A stretch of 64,000 nt of DNA from Malacoraja senta (lineage: Eukaryota): positions 71,114,001 through 71,178,000 of the forward strand of contig CM075980.1 of NCBI GenBank assembly GCA_038087875.1. Direction: 5' to 3'. A program made the translations under genes and the position numbers. Below are positions 1-12,238 of this stretch, piece by piece. Each line of letters begins with the position of its first letter. The first letter of the stretch is position 1. The notes below the pieces were generated by a model, which saw only the letters and a program-made list of their open reading frames with translations, searched no databases and was not told the DNA's origin.

Positions 1-310
1 GACAAGGGGTCATAGCTTAAGGATAAGGGGGAAATCCTTTAAGACCGAGATGAGGAAAAACTTTTTCACACAGATAGTGGTGAATCTCTGGAACTCTCTG
101 CCACAGAGGGTAGTTGAGGCCAGTTCATTGGCTATATTTAAGAGGGAGTTAGATGTGGCCCTTGTGGCTAAAGGGATCAGGGGGTATGGAGAGAAGGCAG
201 GTACGGGATACTGAGTTGGATGATCAGCCATGATCATATTGAATGGCGGTGCGGGCTCGAAGGGCCGAATGGCCTACTCCTGCACCTATTTTCTATGTTT
301 CTATGTTTCC
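1..310 (+). mobile_element. CR1/HER1-type LINE 3' end
   Basis: Encodes the CR1 ORF2 C-terminus (TRGHSLRIRG..FKTEMRKNFFTQ..VNLWNSLP), followed by the 3' UTR and a (CTATGTTT)n tail. Confidence 0.9.
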
Positions 311-1002
311 AAACAAGTCTCAACATATAGCAGGCATGCTGTTCCCAGATGCAATGTAAGAATCTATATTCAATAGATTTTCAGCAATAAACTAACACTA
401 CCCAAAACAAATACATCACTGGTTTTATATAACAGATTTGTTTTATTAAACATAAAAGATGTTCTAAATATGCATTTCTTTTCATAAAATGCACAATAGA
501 AACCTGCAATATAGTCTAAGAAGATGTCCTTATCCATAATTAATATGCTTTTGCTTCACTCAACCATTTCCACACATAAATATGAAGAAGTGTTTCCAAC
601 AGCATCTTGGACATACTCTTCATGAAGATGGTCATTACCTTGTACTTTTTGCAGTGCAGCTGTCTCACATCCCCAGCGACCCGGTTCAATCCTGATGCCC
701 CCTTAACCACATCCTTGGTGCTACATATGTGAAGACTGCATGTTCTCCCTGTGACTGCTGAGTTCCCTCAGGCATGAAAAGTCATTCTTGCCTCACCGTT
801 GGAATTTAGCTCTTTGTTCCACATTTGGATCAAGGATGTTATATGATTTGGAGCATCGTCTTCTTGGTGAAGACCAAACTGGGCATTGCGGACAGGTATT
901 TTAGGTGCCACTTGGTAACAGTGTTTTGGCAACGTATCCATTCTTCGCTTGTAATTGAATGGTAGCAAAAAATACAAAACTGCTGGATGATAAAAAGGGA
1001 AC

Positions 1003-1630
1003 AAAGTGCTGGAGTAACTCAGCGGGCCAGACGGTATCTCTGGAGAACACGGATATTCGGTTGGGACCCTTCTTCAGATATAGAGTCTAAAGAAGGGTCC
1101 CATCCTGAAATGTGACCTTTCCACATTCTCCAAAGTTGCTGCCTGACCTGCTGAGTTACCCCAGCACTTGATGTCCTATTTTTCATAAACCAGCATCTGC
1201 AGTTCTTTGTTTCTTCAAACTGCTGGAGGAACTCAATGGGCCAGGCAGCCTCTGTGGAGGGATATGGACAATCGACATGGGTCGAGACCCTATATCTGGA
1301 CACAAAGAATAAAGGAGAGATAGCCAGTATAACGTGGTGAGGGGAGGGGAGGTAAGGAGCAAAGGCAAACAAGCAATAGAGCAATTGGGGGTATAAATGG
1401 AGACAACAATGAGCCGCAGATAATGGGATCTTATAAGAAAAGGAAACTAAATAAGGGAGGGATGGTGGGCAGATGGGAACAGTGGGAGTGGACACGGCAG
1501 TCAGTGGGAGAAGTGTGTGGGTGGTGGGCAGATGGGATAGTTGGGGGAGAGGAGGAAAATGGATGATAGGGGGATGTGGAGGGTGGTTGGAAAGAACAGG
1601 GGGAGGTTATGAGAGTTCCCAGAAATTAAG
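1003..1630. mobile_element. Degenerate Penelope-like hairpin element plus adjacent PLE-type remnant
   Basis: GTGCTGGAGTAACTCAGCGGG... arm with an inverted arm ...GCTGAGTTACCCCAGCAC around a CCCTTCTTCAG..AAGAAGGG centre, followed by a purine-rich tract. Confidence 0.6.
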
Positions 1631-2864
1631 GAGCAAGACTTACATACACATCCTACTGTGGATGATGCTAACTCTGCAAGTCTTGATCCCTACTCAATTA
1701 GGTTGGCTGGTTGGAACTACCCATTTGTAGGAATTAAAGCCATGTAACTGTGAGTCCTACTGGATTAGCCCAAAAAATCTCTGCACAGGCTGCTTGTAGC
1801 AAGTAAAAAGTATTCCATAGTCAGTGGTTAAGGATACAATAAAAAAAATCATGGCCGTGGGAACGGGTGGAACAGACTCTATTCCAATTCCATCTTCCCA
1901 GTGATTTGCTAAGAGTCAGGCATAACAAGAGGTGAAACAATTAAATCAGCCAACTCTAAATGGGATATACAGGATCTGGTGAGAACATCACCAGCACAGT
2001 GTGTACCGCTAGACAAACTGAATGAGGAACACCACTTATTGTAAAAAGAGAAGAAAAAAAACACCATGTTTGGCACTGCTTTTGACAAACACCTGCAGAG
2101 ACTTTAATTTGTGCAATTACTATAATTCTCCAAAATATTACAATAGTCTACTTTCCAACTGTAACATTCAAACTCATAAATTAATTTTTGAGCAAAGAAT
2201 TGTAAAAGTGAAATTTATATGCTGTTTGCGACATAAAATCAAACAGCAATTTTTCCATGCCATCTGCAATCGATAACAGTTACCAGACATCCTCCTAATT
2301 GGAACTTGTTACAACTCATGTGTGACAGCACTTGTGAAGATTTATAACTGCAGTCATCTCCAACCCAACTGATTACAGGCTGGAATTTATTATAGAGGAA
2401 GGTAGACGTGGAAAGGAAGAGACGGGGTGAAATGGACTAGATTATCTCCTTATAAATTGTACCTAACTTGATGGCTTGACCTGCAGAAAGGAAAGGACAA
2501 TAAAATCAATTCCCATCAGAACAAGGAACACATAGTTCAGTTCGAGACATGAGGCAATGCTTAAATTACACGTTCCATTCTGGCAGATCAGTTATCAGCA
2601 GATTTGCTTCAAATGCCACTCATTGCAAAGACACCAAGCTCTTTATTTTAAACAGTTCACTCCTCCATTGAAATACAATATAGGAAATTCACATGGATGT
2701 TCATTCATTCACAGTGCATGAAATCTCAAGTTCGTGATGTCTCATGGAGTCAGTCCTCAGATCATCTGCAAATCCAGTTCAATTTGGTTTGATTTAGGGA
2801 ATTTCAGTGCAGAAGGAGTCACTTCACCCTTCCTCTCTGTGCTAATTACCCTCACTCTTACTCT

Positions 2865-3152
2865 AGTTTAGTTTAGAGGTACAGTATGGAAACAGGCCCT
2901 TCAGTTCACCGAGTCCATGCCGACCAGTGATTCCCACACACTAGCACTATCCTACATACTAGGAACAATTTACAATTTTTACCCAAGCCAATTAGCCTAC
3001 AAATCTGTACGTCTTTGGAGTATGAAAGGAAACTAGAGCACCCAGATGGGGATAAAGTACAAACTCTGTACAGACAGCACCCGTAGACAGGATTGAACCC
3101 AGGTCTCTGGCACTTTAAGGCAGCAACTCTATGGTTGCACCACTGTGCCACC
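2865..3152 (-). mobile_element. tRNA-derived V-SINE (HE1-like)
   Basis: A-box/B-box head (GGCACAGTGG..GGTTCAATCC) on the minus strand, V-domain core, CR1-like 3' end and (TAAAC)n tail. Confidence 0.85.
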
Positions 3153-3159
3153 CTTTACC

Positions 3160-4200
3160 TAGCAATGTTACAACATTTTGAGATTTTAAAAATCAAGTCT
3201 GTAATTTATCCCATCAGATAAAGCATAAAAAGACGTTTAATTTGACACCTAATTCACTTTCATATCTTCAGTATTAAAAAAGTTATGGCCATTTTCATAC
3301 TCGGAAATTAGCATCTTGTTCCCTATTGCTTTTCCATTGACTTAACACAAAAGCTGTGATCGAGGACAGTCAAAAGCCCATAACCTTCTTAAAAATTAAG
3401 AGAACTGAAAGAAATGTTCAGTTATTATAGATTGAAGCATTCTGAAACAAATATGAAACAATCTTACTTAGATGACATGAAATTAAAGCATATAATTAGT
3501 TAGTTACCTAATTGTAGCTAATTACAAAATTCAATTACTAGATCTAAACATCTATCAATTTCTTAAGAATAGATTAACATTTTTAAATAGCCTAAGTGTC
3601 CAAATAACGTTCACACAAGAATTCACAATATAACATAATTTTTAAATCTCATTGTCATGGATTTATAGGCCAAATGGAAGGAATTTAATGTTTAATACCT
3701 GTAAATTAATGGCCATTTAAATCATCTTGCGAGTGGGTTTTTCTGGAACGCGATCATTTGGAACATTGATTTGTGGTGAATTTAACCCCGTATCGGCATG
3801 AAAAATGCTGCCGTTAGTTCGGGGAAAAGAATCACCGTTTTGCATTTAAAAATGTGAATTAAATGCCTCTTAAGAAGCACTTTTATACATAAAATAAACT
3901 GCTTTCATTTACCTGTCCCGTGTGTGAAATCCGTCCCCGTTGTCGGGGTTGACGGCTTTCGAAGCTGATTTTAAATTAACTCCAGCACTGAACTTGTTGG
4001 GCAAATAAAAATAAAAAATACACAAAACGCCCGTCGAAACGATTCTTCAGCAAAAGCTGGCACTCCAACGAAATATAATTCAGGACAAGGTAGGAGAAAC
4101 CCGCGTTTTAACCCCACCCCCCCTCAAAGGCGCCAAAATCGCGCACACGGCCAGTGGCAGAATTGCAGCGCCGCTGAAGGTAAGTATTGTAACATACCTA
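3160..4200. mobile_element. Non-autonomous DNA transposon (~1.04 kb), superfamily unclear
   Basis: Imperfect TIRs TAGCAATGTTACAA / TTGTAACATACCTA; sharp composition change; no ORF; TSD ambiguous. Confidence 0.6.
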
Positions 4201-4589
4201 CCTTACCTTTCATTTTTAACCCAGAGTGCTGGAGTAACTCAAAGGGTCAGGTGGCATCTCTGGAGAACATGGATAGGTGAAGTTTTGGGTTGGGCCTTTT
4301 TAACTTTCATTGTTTGCTGTTTTTCTAGTATATCTCTATTTCTTTTTTTGAATATTACCACTGATTCTCCCTTCACCATGCTGTCAGGTAGCATGTTTTA
4401 GATCATAACAATTTGCTGCATGATGTGAAACATTTTCCTCCTGAAATGTTTGCCAACTACATTAAATCTATGTCCTACAATTAGCAACCGGAAATGATTT
4501 ATTCCTTTTTATCCTCTCAGGGTGGATGTTACATTGGGATTTGTTGGCCAGAATTTGCCTCAAATGAAGCTCACAGATACCTTTCAGAA

Positions 4590-5102
4590 AGATTGTGTAC
4601 ATGGGTAAAACATCACAGGGACAGCTCTCACCTCCATCAAAACCATTTACATGAGGTGCTGCCTTCGGAAGATGGCATTTATCATCAAGTAGCCCCACCA
4701 TCCAGGTAAACTCCTCTTCTCACTGCTGCCATTGGGCAGGAGGTACAGCGGCCTGAAGTCGCACAGCACCAGGTTCAGGAACAATTACTTTCCCACAACT
4801 TTCAACTTTTTGAATCGACCCACATAACCCTAATCCTACAATTGACAATGCAAGATTAAGGACCACCTCTTGCACTCCTGCGGGGTAGTTTTTTTATCTC
4901 TAATTGTGCTTTTATATTAATGTTTTTGTTTTTTTTTCATTATACTATCTTGTAGAATTTGTGTGTGATTTCTGTATGATTTATACAACTTTTATATTTC
5001 TGTGTGTTGTCTGAGTCAATATGCCTGTGATGCTGCTGCAAGCAAGATTTTCATTGTATCTGCACCTCACTGCACGTGCAATAAACAACTTGACTTGATT
5101 TG
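4590..5102 (+). mobile_element. Rex1/Babar-like LINE 3' remnant
   Basis: Degenerate coding HPG..LF.LLP.GRRY..L....RFRN.YFP, then AATAAA and a (CTTGA)n tail. Confidence 0.65.
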
Positions 5103-5849
5103 AATACAGGAAACTCCTCTACTAGTCCTGGTGTCTTCAAATAGCTGGCTGGGTGTGACAGTAAGAGCATAAGATATGGGAGGATGACTGGGCTATTTGA
5201 CCCTTCATGACTATTCCACCAATACCTTTGCTGACTCTTTATCTTCATGCCATTTTCTTGCACTAACTCCACATCCCTTCATTCCCTTAATGTCCAAATT
5301 GCTTATTCATCTCTACCTTCATTCAATGAAGAAGTCTCCATAGTAAACAATTCCAAAGACTCGGGTCTCTCTGGATTCAGAAATGTCGCCTCTCCTCATT
5401 CCCAAATGGCTGATCCTTTATTTTGAGACTGAGTCCCCAGTTACAAACAACCCAGTCAGTGGAAAAAAACACCCACACGTCTATCTTGTGGTGAACATGT
5501 CCTGGTCTATCATGTGTATTGACCTCCCCATCATTGAGGGGGTCTACAGGAACACATACTCAAGAAAGCAGATAATATTATCAAAGACCAACGTCACTCT
5601 GACCATGTTTCATCTCATCACTACCATTGGGAAGAAGGTGTAGGATCCTGCAAACTATTATCACCAGGTTCAAGAACAGTTTCTTCCCATGAACCATAAG
5701 GTTCATGAATGATACTAAACATCTCTAACCACAACCCTACTTCTGCATTGAACTGCTAAAGACTTTGTAATGTCCAGGTTACACCACACATTTTGGCTTG
5801 CACTATTAAGGCCTGGTTTACCTGCTGCAACACACTACTTTATCACTGC

Positions 5850-6190
5850 GTACAGTGGCGCAGAGATGGAGTTGCTGCCTTTCAGCTTAAGAGACCCGGG
5901 TTCAATCCCGATCTTGGGTGCTGTCTGTATGGAGTTTGTACGTTCTCCCCCTGACTGCATGGGTTTTTTCCAGGTGCTCCGGTTTTCTCCCACATTCCAA
6001 AGATGTGCAGGTTTGTAGGTTAATTGGCTTCTGTTAATTGTCGCTAGTGTCTAGGATAGAACTTGTGCACTGGTAATTGTGTTCGGCGTGGACTCGGCGG
6101 GCCGAATGGCCTGTTTTCATGCAGTATCTCTAAACCAAACTAGACTAAACTAAACTAAACTGGACTAAACTAAACTAAATTAAACTAAAT
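5850..6190 (+). mobile_element. V-SINE (HE1-like)
   Basis: tRNA-like head, GTTCTCCCC..GGGTTTT..CCGGTTT..CTCCCAC core, (TAAAC)n tail; interrupts a Rex1-like remnant (about 5470-6300). Confidence 0.85.
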
Positions 6191-6997
6191 TATCATTTAT
6201 TTATTTGAAGTGTTGTTGAATTCACGTTGCTGCAGCAAATAAACATTTTATTGTTCTGGTCCCTGTGCACATGACAATTAAACACTCTTGACATTCTATC
6301 TTGTTATTCAAATGAGGAGACTAGTCCTGTATAATATTGTAGATGCAGATCGAACAAGGTGATAAGTAATTAATGGATGATGTCTTTACTCTTGCAATTT
6401 CAAAATTCTTGCAATAAAAGCTAACACTATATTGCCTTCCCCAATAGCTTGCTGTGCATAAATATTTGGCTTCAGTAACTTTAGTACGAGGACACACAGA
6501 TTTTTCTGAACACCAATGCATTTCAATCTTTAACCATTGTGAGGCATAGTAAATGTAACCTTCACTAAATAACAACTCCAAGAAAAATGCAGGAAGCAGG
6601 ATGAGCCACTGGTAGAGCAGTGACTTGTCGGGCAGAGCTGCTGACTCACAGCACCAGTGACCCAGGTTCAAACCTGACCTCTGCGCTGTTTTTGTGGAGC
6701 TTACATGTTCACCGTGGGACCTCGTGTACTTTCTCCCACTCCACCCCTGGTGCTCCCCCACTCCACCCCAGTTTCCTCCCATGTCCCATAGACGTGTGAG
6801 GGGTCGGTAGGATAATCGGTCACATAAATTGCCCCTAGCACGCAGATGAGTGGTGGAACCTGGGGACAGTTGATGGGAATGCAAAGAGAATAATATGGGA
6901 TTAGTGTAGGATTAGAGTACGCAGGTGTTGGATAGACAGTGCAGTCTTTGTGGATTGATGGGGTCTGATTCTGAACTACGTACCTTTATAACTTCCC

Positions 6998-7410
6998 ATG
7001 GTTCGTAATGGCCGCCTCGCCAATAGTCTGTCTCGTCCATTCTCTGTTTTTATTGTATTAAGTATGTCTTGAATGTTTGTTTCAATGTTTCCTGGTATGT
7101 TTTATGTGGGGGGTGGGGGGAATCACGGGAAACTCTTTTCAGCCACTTACCTTGATGGAGATGCAATTTATCTCCATGTCGCATCTCCGCCCCCCCCCCC
7201 CCCCCCCCCCACTGCGGCCTAACAACGTGGAATGCTGCGGCCTTCACAGTGAGGAATGTTGATTCCACTGTGGTGGATGTTTATGTTAAATTTGATTTTA
7301 TGTGGCTGTGTGTATTGTTGCTTTTCACTTAGTATGGCTGTATGGTAACTCAAATTTCACTGTAACTTCATTGGTTAAGTGACAATAAATGGAAACTTGA
7401 ACTTGAACTA
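6998..7410 (+). mobile_element. Composite non-autonomous retroposon, short form lacking the GC-rich centre
   Basis: Shares its 5' block (AATGGCCGCCTCGCCAA.., T-rich tract, G-run) and 3' block with the 44047-44703 copy; (ACTTGA)n tail. Confidence 0.6.
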
Positions 7411-7701
7411 GGTTTCTTCAGGCTAGACTCCTTCAGGTTTAGGTTTAGGTTTATAATTGTCACGTGTACTGAGGTACAGTGAAAAAATTAGTTTTGCGTG
7501 TTAACTAATCAGAATGGATAATACTATGCATAAATACAATCAAGGCACAGTCAACTTCAATAGGTAGGGCAAAGAGGAGGCAGAGTGCAGAATGGGAGGG
7601 ACTGTGGATCAACTCAATATAGTCAATCCTCTGAAATATGTCTCTATCTTATGTTTGGTCCACTTTGGTCTACAAAAGAACTGATCTCAGTGGAGAGCAT
7701 A

Positions 7702-7904
7702 TTTAGATGAGATATGCATGTGCCTTTAACATAGTGACCTCACACCCACTAACCACTCCCCATATCACAAGTATAACTACCACCTCCACACCCACAGATC
7801 GCTCTCTAGTTCCTGTGACAGACCACGTACAGCTAGTGCAATGTATAATGTCCAGTATGAATAAAGATAGTAAAGTAACGATGCCTCGTTATCAATCCTT
7901 TACA
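7702..7904 (+). repeat. 5' LTR
   Basis: Identical by eye to 12239-12441 except at base 2 (TT.. instead of TG..); ends ..TTTACA; contains AATAAA. Confidence 0.95.
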
Positions 7905-7917
7905 TGGTGTCAAATAA
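7905..7917 (+). promoter_or_regulatory. Primer binding site (tRNA-Leu-like)
   Basis: TGGTGTCA directly abuts the 5' LTR and resembles the tRNA-Leu PBS TGGTGTCAGAAGT over its first 8 nt. Confidence 0.7.
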
Positions 7918-7996
7918 CTTACCTTGCGCCTCCCGTTTATCGGTTTATCATTTAATTTTGACCCAGTTTTTGTTTCCCCCCCTAACTGTTTTTGTT

Positions 7997-10651
7997 ATGG
8001 CCTCTTCTGCCCGTAAGCCCGATGCGCTCGTTTTCGATTTCGACATCGCCCTACGATGGGACATATTCAAACGCGACTTTGAACACTATTTTACGATTGC
8101 CCATCCTGGCGCCACCGACGCTCTAAAAGCCTCGCTGCTTCTCAACTTGGCTGGTCCCAACGCCTTGACTCGCTCGGACTTCTTCGTCTACGCTCCTGGA
8201 GAATCAGCTCGGGACCCGGCATGTCTGTTGGCTAAGTTTGACGCTATTTGTGACATTCCTACTAATTGCATTTTAGAACGTTTTAAACTGTTCGCGCAGC
8301 GTCAGCTCCCTGGGGAATCTGCTGAGAACTATGTCATTGCGCTGCGGGACCTGGGCAGGCGCTGCCGCCTCGAGACGTGGACCCCCGATAATGTCATCAG
8401 GGACCTACTGGTTTACGGTCTCCGTGATGAGAAGCTCAGGTCCGAACTACTTCGCAAGCCGGATCTGACCTTGGCCGATGCAATGCACGCGACTCGCTTA
8501 GCCGACGCTGTTTCCGCGGCGGCGCCGCCGGCTGAACAGGCGATCAACTTTGCCAGCACTCCTAGCTATCTCATGAACGCACCCCAGTCGCGACCCCCGG
8601 TGTCGCTCGCTGCTCGAGGGGGACGCGCCCCGGGGTTCGGTGGTGCCACAAGGGGAGACACCCAGCAAAGGTGCCCTAATTGCAACTTCACAACTCATCA
8701 GTTCAATGTGTGCCCTGCGCTGGGAAAAAACTGCAACTCCTGTAATAAGTTGAACCATTTTGCTGCAGCTTGTCGTTCCCGTGGGAAGCCTGTCGCTGCT
8801 CGAAGGCAAAATTTAAACAACCTTCTACAGTCGGATAATGATCTCAGCTCCCAACACTATTCCGACGAACATTCTGTTCCTACATCTAACTCCTCTCAGG
8901 GGGAAACCAGCTTGTTTACCGTGGTGAACGCACCTGCTATGATAACGGATCCTTCTGTGCAAGTCACTGTGAACAACTCGACCTTCACGGCCAAAATCGA
9001 CACTGGGGCGGTTACCAATGTTATGTCAACATCTCTTTTCAACCAGATAAGGACTAATGAGAAGATATTTTCTCAGAGCTCAAACCTGCATGCCTACGGT
9101 GGGGAGATCCTTACTCCTGTGGGCAAGGCCACACTACACTGTAAGATACTGAAGGCCACTCGGCCCCTCACCTTCTTTCTCCTCAATCGAAGTTGCGTTC
9201 CCCTGCTGGGGATCCAGGCATGCCAGGAAATGGGACTGGTGTCCTTCCACCAGGACATCCGCCACGTGCAGGCTCTTATGGACCCGCTGGCCGAGTATCC
9301 TGACCGCTTTGATGATAAGCTAGGCAAACTACCCTGCAGCTACAAGATTGAAGTGGACCATAAGATCGTTCCTGTGGTCCATGCTCCTCACCGTATTTCC
9401 TTCGCCATGAGGGATAAAGTGGAGGCGACCCTACACAGTATGGTACAAATGGGCGTCCTAAAGGCGGTCGTCGAGCCCACCAGCTGGGTCTCTTCCATGG
9501 TTGTTGCTGCTAAAAAGGACATGAGTGAGATACGCATCTGCATCAACCCCAGAGACCTCAACCTGGCCATTCGGCGCCCTCACTACCCTATGAGAACGGT
9601 GGAAGACGTCGCTGCACGGGTTGGTCCAGCAACGGTCTTTTCGGTCCTCGATGCCAAGAGTTCATTCTGGCAGATACCACTGGACGAGCGGTCGTCCATT
9701 TTGACAACCTTCGCCACCCCCTACGGAAGGTTTCGGTTCCTCCGAATGCCCTTCGGAATCAACTCTGCCAGTGAGGTATTCCAGCGAACCATGGAACAGT
9801 TGTTTTCAGATCTGCCTTGCGCCATAATTGTTGACGACATCCTCGTTTACGGTAAGGATGTTGCCGAACACGATGTCAACCTCCGCCTGATCCTGGACCG
9901 GGCCAGGCAAATCAACTTGAAACTGAACCCCAAGAAGTGCCGATTGCGCGTCTCGGAGGTCACCTATGTTGGACACGTATTCACCGCTGAGGGGCTGAAG
10001 CCAGACCCGCAGAAAACGACTGCCATCTCAGGGATGCCTCCTCCTACTAACGTGGCAGGCCTGCAACGCTTTCTCGGCTTGGTAAACTACCTGGGGAAGT
10101 TCATCCCCGACCTAAGCGAGCTCAGCGCTCCCCTGAGGGATCTGATCAAAAAGGACACTTCCTGGCTTTGGTTACCCAATCATCAGAAGGCATTTGACAT
10201 TCTTAAGTCTAAACTGATCAGCACACCCACGCTCAAGTTCTTTGACCTGCGGCATCCCATTGTCCTCACCTGCGACGCCTCTCAATTCGGACTCGGTGCC
10301 GCCTGCCTCCAGGTCCATGACGGCCTGCAGATGCCTGTCTCATTCGCGTCCCGCACCATGACCGCCACCGAACAGCACTATGCGCAGATTGAGAAGGAGC
10401 TGCTGGCCGTGCTGTTTGCCTGCTCCAAATTCCGGGACTACATCGTGGGCAACACTTTCACCGTTGAAACTGACCATCAACCACTTGTTACCATCCTCAA
10501 CAAATCGATCCATGTGGCCTCATCACGTCTGCAGCGCATGCTGCTGCAGCTCCAGCGTTTCACGTTCACGGTGGTTTATCGTAAGGGGAAGGACATGTTC
10601 GTAGCCGACACGTTGTCTCGCGCCCCGCTGACGTCCACTGCTCGCCACTAA
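7997..10651 (+). CDS. Gypsy Gag-protease-RT-RNase H polyprotein, ending at a premature TAA
   Basis: Likely start MASSARKP at 7997. Two CCHC knuckles (CPNCNFTTHQFNVC, CNSCNKLNHFAAAC), protease IDTGA, RT LDAKSSFWQ/RMPFG/IVDD, RNase H CDAS/YAQIEKE/TDHQPL. Confidence 0.93.
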   Translation: MASSARKPDALVFDFDIALRWDIFKRDFEHYFTIAHPGATDALKASLLLNLAGPNALTRSDFFVYAPGESARDPACLLAKFDAICDIPTNCILERFKLFAQRQLPGESAENYVIALRDLGRRCRLETWTPDNVIRDLLVYGLRDEKLRSELLRKPDLTLADAMHATRLADAVSAAAPPAEQAINFASTPSYLMNAPQSRPPVSLAARGGRAPGFGGATRGDTQQRCPNCNFTTHQFNVCPALGKNCNSCNKLNHFAAACRSRGKPVAARRQNLNNLLQSDNDLSSQHYSDEHSVPTSNSSQGETSLFTVVNAPAMITDPSVQVTVNNSTFTAKIDTGAVTNVMSTSLFNQIRTNEKIFSQSSNLHAYGGEILTPVGKATLHCKILKATRPLTFFLLNRSCVPLLGIQACQEMGLVSFHQDIRHVQALMDPLAEYPDRFDDKLGKLPCSYKIEVDHKIVPVVHAPHRISFAMRDKVEATLHSMVQMGVLKAVVEPTSWVSSMVVAAKKDMSEIRICINPRDLNLAIRRPHYPMRTVEDVAARVGPATVFSVLDAKSSFWQIPLDERSSILTTFATPYGRFRFLRMPFGINSASEVFQRTMEQLFSDLPCAIIVDDILVYGKDVAEHDVNLRLILDRARQINLKLNPKKCRLRVSEVTYVGHVFTAEGLKPDPQKTTAISGMPPPTNVAGLQRFLGLVNYLGKFIPDLSELSAPLRDLIKKDTSWLWLPNHQKAFDILKSKLISTPTLKFFDLRHPIVLTCDASQFGLGAACLQVHDGLQMPVSFASRTMTATEQHYAQIEKELLAVLFACSKFRDYIVGNTFTVETDHQPLVTILNKSIHVASSRLQRMLLQLQRFTFTVVYRKGKDMFVADTLSRAPLTSTARH

Positions 10652-12169
10652 TACGAAACGTCCGAGTTACTAGTACTACGATTGAACTTCGTCCCCTCAC
10701 CACAGATGAAGTCCCTGGTTGAACACACTACCAACGACCCTGCCCTGCAACAGCTGTCTGCCGTCATCCGGCAGGGCTGGCCTGACCGTCGCTCGGCACT
10801 GCCGGCTGGAGCCGTGCCCTACTTCCTGATTCGAGACGAGCTCGTATTGCACGACGGCGTGGTGGTGAAGGGTCACAAAGTGGTCGTGCCCGCGGCGCTG
10901 CACGATCACTATTTTCAGGTCGCACACCGCGGTCACACTGGGGCCGAAGCCACTTTGTCTCTCGCCAAGGCACAGTTCTATTGGCCGGATATGGCAAAGT
11001 ACATCCGGGAGAGGGTCTCCTCGTGTTCCACCTGCAACAGCCGCGCCCCCCATCAGCAGCGTCAGCCGCTTCTACAGCAGCCCGCGCCCGGACTGCCCTG
11101 GATGGCGCTCGCCACAGACATTTTCGAGTGGTGGGGCAAACATTTCCTGGTACTCGTTGACTTCTACTCCAGCTGGTTTGCGGTTGACCGGCTGCCTTCC
11201 GTGACCTCTTCGGCCGTCATCGACAGGTTGGACCCTCACTTTAGCACTTTTGGCCCCCCGGCAAGCCTGCAGTCGGACAACGGCAGCCAGTTCACGAGCT
11301 CCGAGTTTAAAGCGTTCGCTTCCAGATGGAACTTTCGCCATTTCACAAGCAGCCCGGAGTACCCGCAAAGCAACGGTTTGGCCGAGCGCGCGGTCCGCAG
11401 TGCTAAGCACCTGTTGGAACAGTGTGGTGGCATTAACTCCGACTTCCACCTGGCCCTCCTCAGCCTTCGGAACATCTCTCGCGACCCTGCCATGGGTTCA
11501 CCTGCTCAGCGGCTCCTGTCTCGCGCTACCAGGCTCCCACTCCCGGTGGCCCAGCGATCCCTCATACTCTCGGTCCTTCCACCTGCGGCGGTTCAGAAAC
11601 GAATTGCCTTCAGGCAAGACGTCCAAAAGCGGTCCCATGACAGGTCCTGCCACCCGCTGCCGCCCCTCTTCCCCGGTCAAGTAGTCCGTATGCAAACCAC
11701 TCCCGGTCACTCCAAGCTCGCCACTGTCGTCGGCTCTGCGGGGTCGCCCAGGTCCTATTTCGTCGACTACGCTGGGACCATTTACCGACGGTCTCGCCAG
11801 CACCTTCGGCTCGTCTACGAGCCGCGTCCTCCTGCCGCCGATCCCTTTGCTCCCCCGCTGCCTGTTTCCCGTCCGGCCGTTGCCCTGCCCGTGATTCCAT
11901 GCATGCCTCGCTCTGCTCCTCCTTCGCCCCCTCCGCTCCAACACACTCCGACTAGTCCTCGCACGCCCCCCCGCGCTCTTCCCGGTCCAGGCCCCGCATC
12001 CCCTCCGGTTTCGGTGCCGCGATCTCTTCCGTTTCCTCCCGTTTCACCCTTTCAGGTTCGTCTGTCCCCGCTGGTGCCTCTTCCTCCTCCAGGAAGGGTG
12101 GATGGCGAGACGCGAACCCGGGCGGGACGTCTGGTCAAACCGCCTGACCGCTATGGCGATGTTGCCTAG
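10652..12169 (+). CDS. Gypsy integrase, same frame as the upstream ORF and separated from it by one stop codon
   Basis: HHCC (AHRGH..CSTC), DDE motifs (DIF, SDNGSQF, SNGLAERAV), Pro-rich tail ending RTRAGRLVKPPDRY. Confidence 0.9.
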   Translation, partial: YETSELLVLRLNFVPSPQMKSLVEHTTNDPALQQLSAVIRQGWPDRRSALPAGAVPYFLIRDELVLHDGVVVKGHKVVVPAALHDHYFQVAHRGHTGAEATLSLAKAQFYWPDMAKYIRERVSSCSTCNSRAPHQQRQPLLQQPAPGLPWMALATDIFEWWGKHFLVLVDFYSSWFAVDRLPSVTSSAVIDRLDPHFSTFGPPASLQSDNGSQFTSSEFKAFASRWNFRHFTSSPEYPQSNGLAERAVRSAKHLLEQCGGINSDFHLALLSLRNISRDPAMGSPAQRLLSRATRLPLPVAQRSLILSVLPPAAVQKRIAFRQDVQKRSHDRSCHPLPPLFPGQVVRMQTTPGHSKLATVVGSAGSPRSYFVDYAGTIYRRSRQHLRLVYEPRPPAADPFAPPLPVSRPAVALPVIPCMPRSAPPSPPPLQHTPTSPRTPPRALPGPGPASPPVSVPRSLPFPPVSPFQVRLSPLVPLPPPGRVDGETRTRAGRLVKPPDRYGDVA

Positions 12170-12226
12170 CTATCCTAGCGCATGAGCCGTGGTCGCCATG
12201 TCACCTTTGTATTTGCCTGTCGTTTC

Positions 12227-12238
12227 GGGGAGGAAGGA
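12227..12238 (+). promoter_or_regulatory. Polypurine tract
   Basis: GGGGAGGAAGGA immediately before the 3' LTR. Confidence 0.9.

Noticed and set aside
5850-5920. tRNA-like A/B boxes here and in the other SINE heads
   Set aside because: They continue into SINE core and tail sequence and form no complete cloverleaf, so they are not tRNA genes.
6321-6884. 187-aa minus-strand ORF
   Set aside because: It reads through an antisense SINE into AT-rich DNA, with no protein motif or splice support.
10697-11944. Multiple overlapping and antisense ORFs
   Set aside because: By-products of the GC-rich integrase coding sequence.
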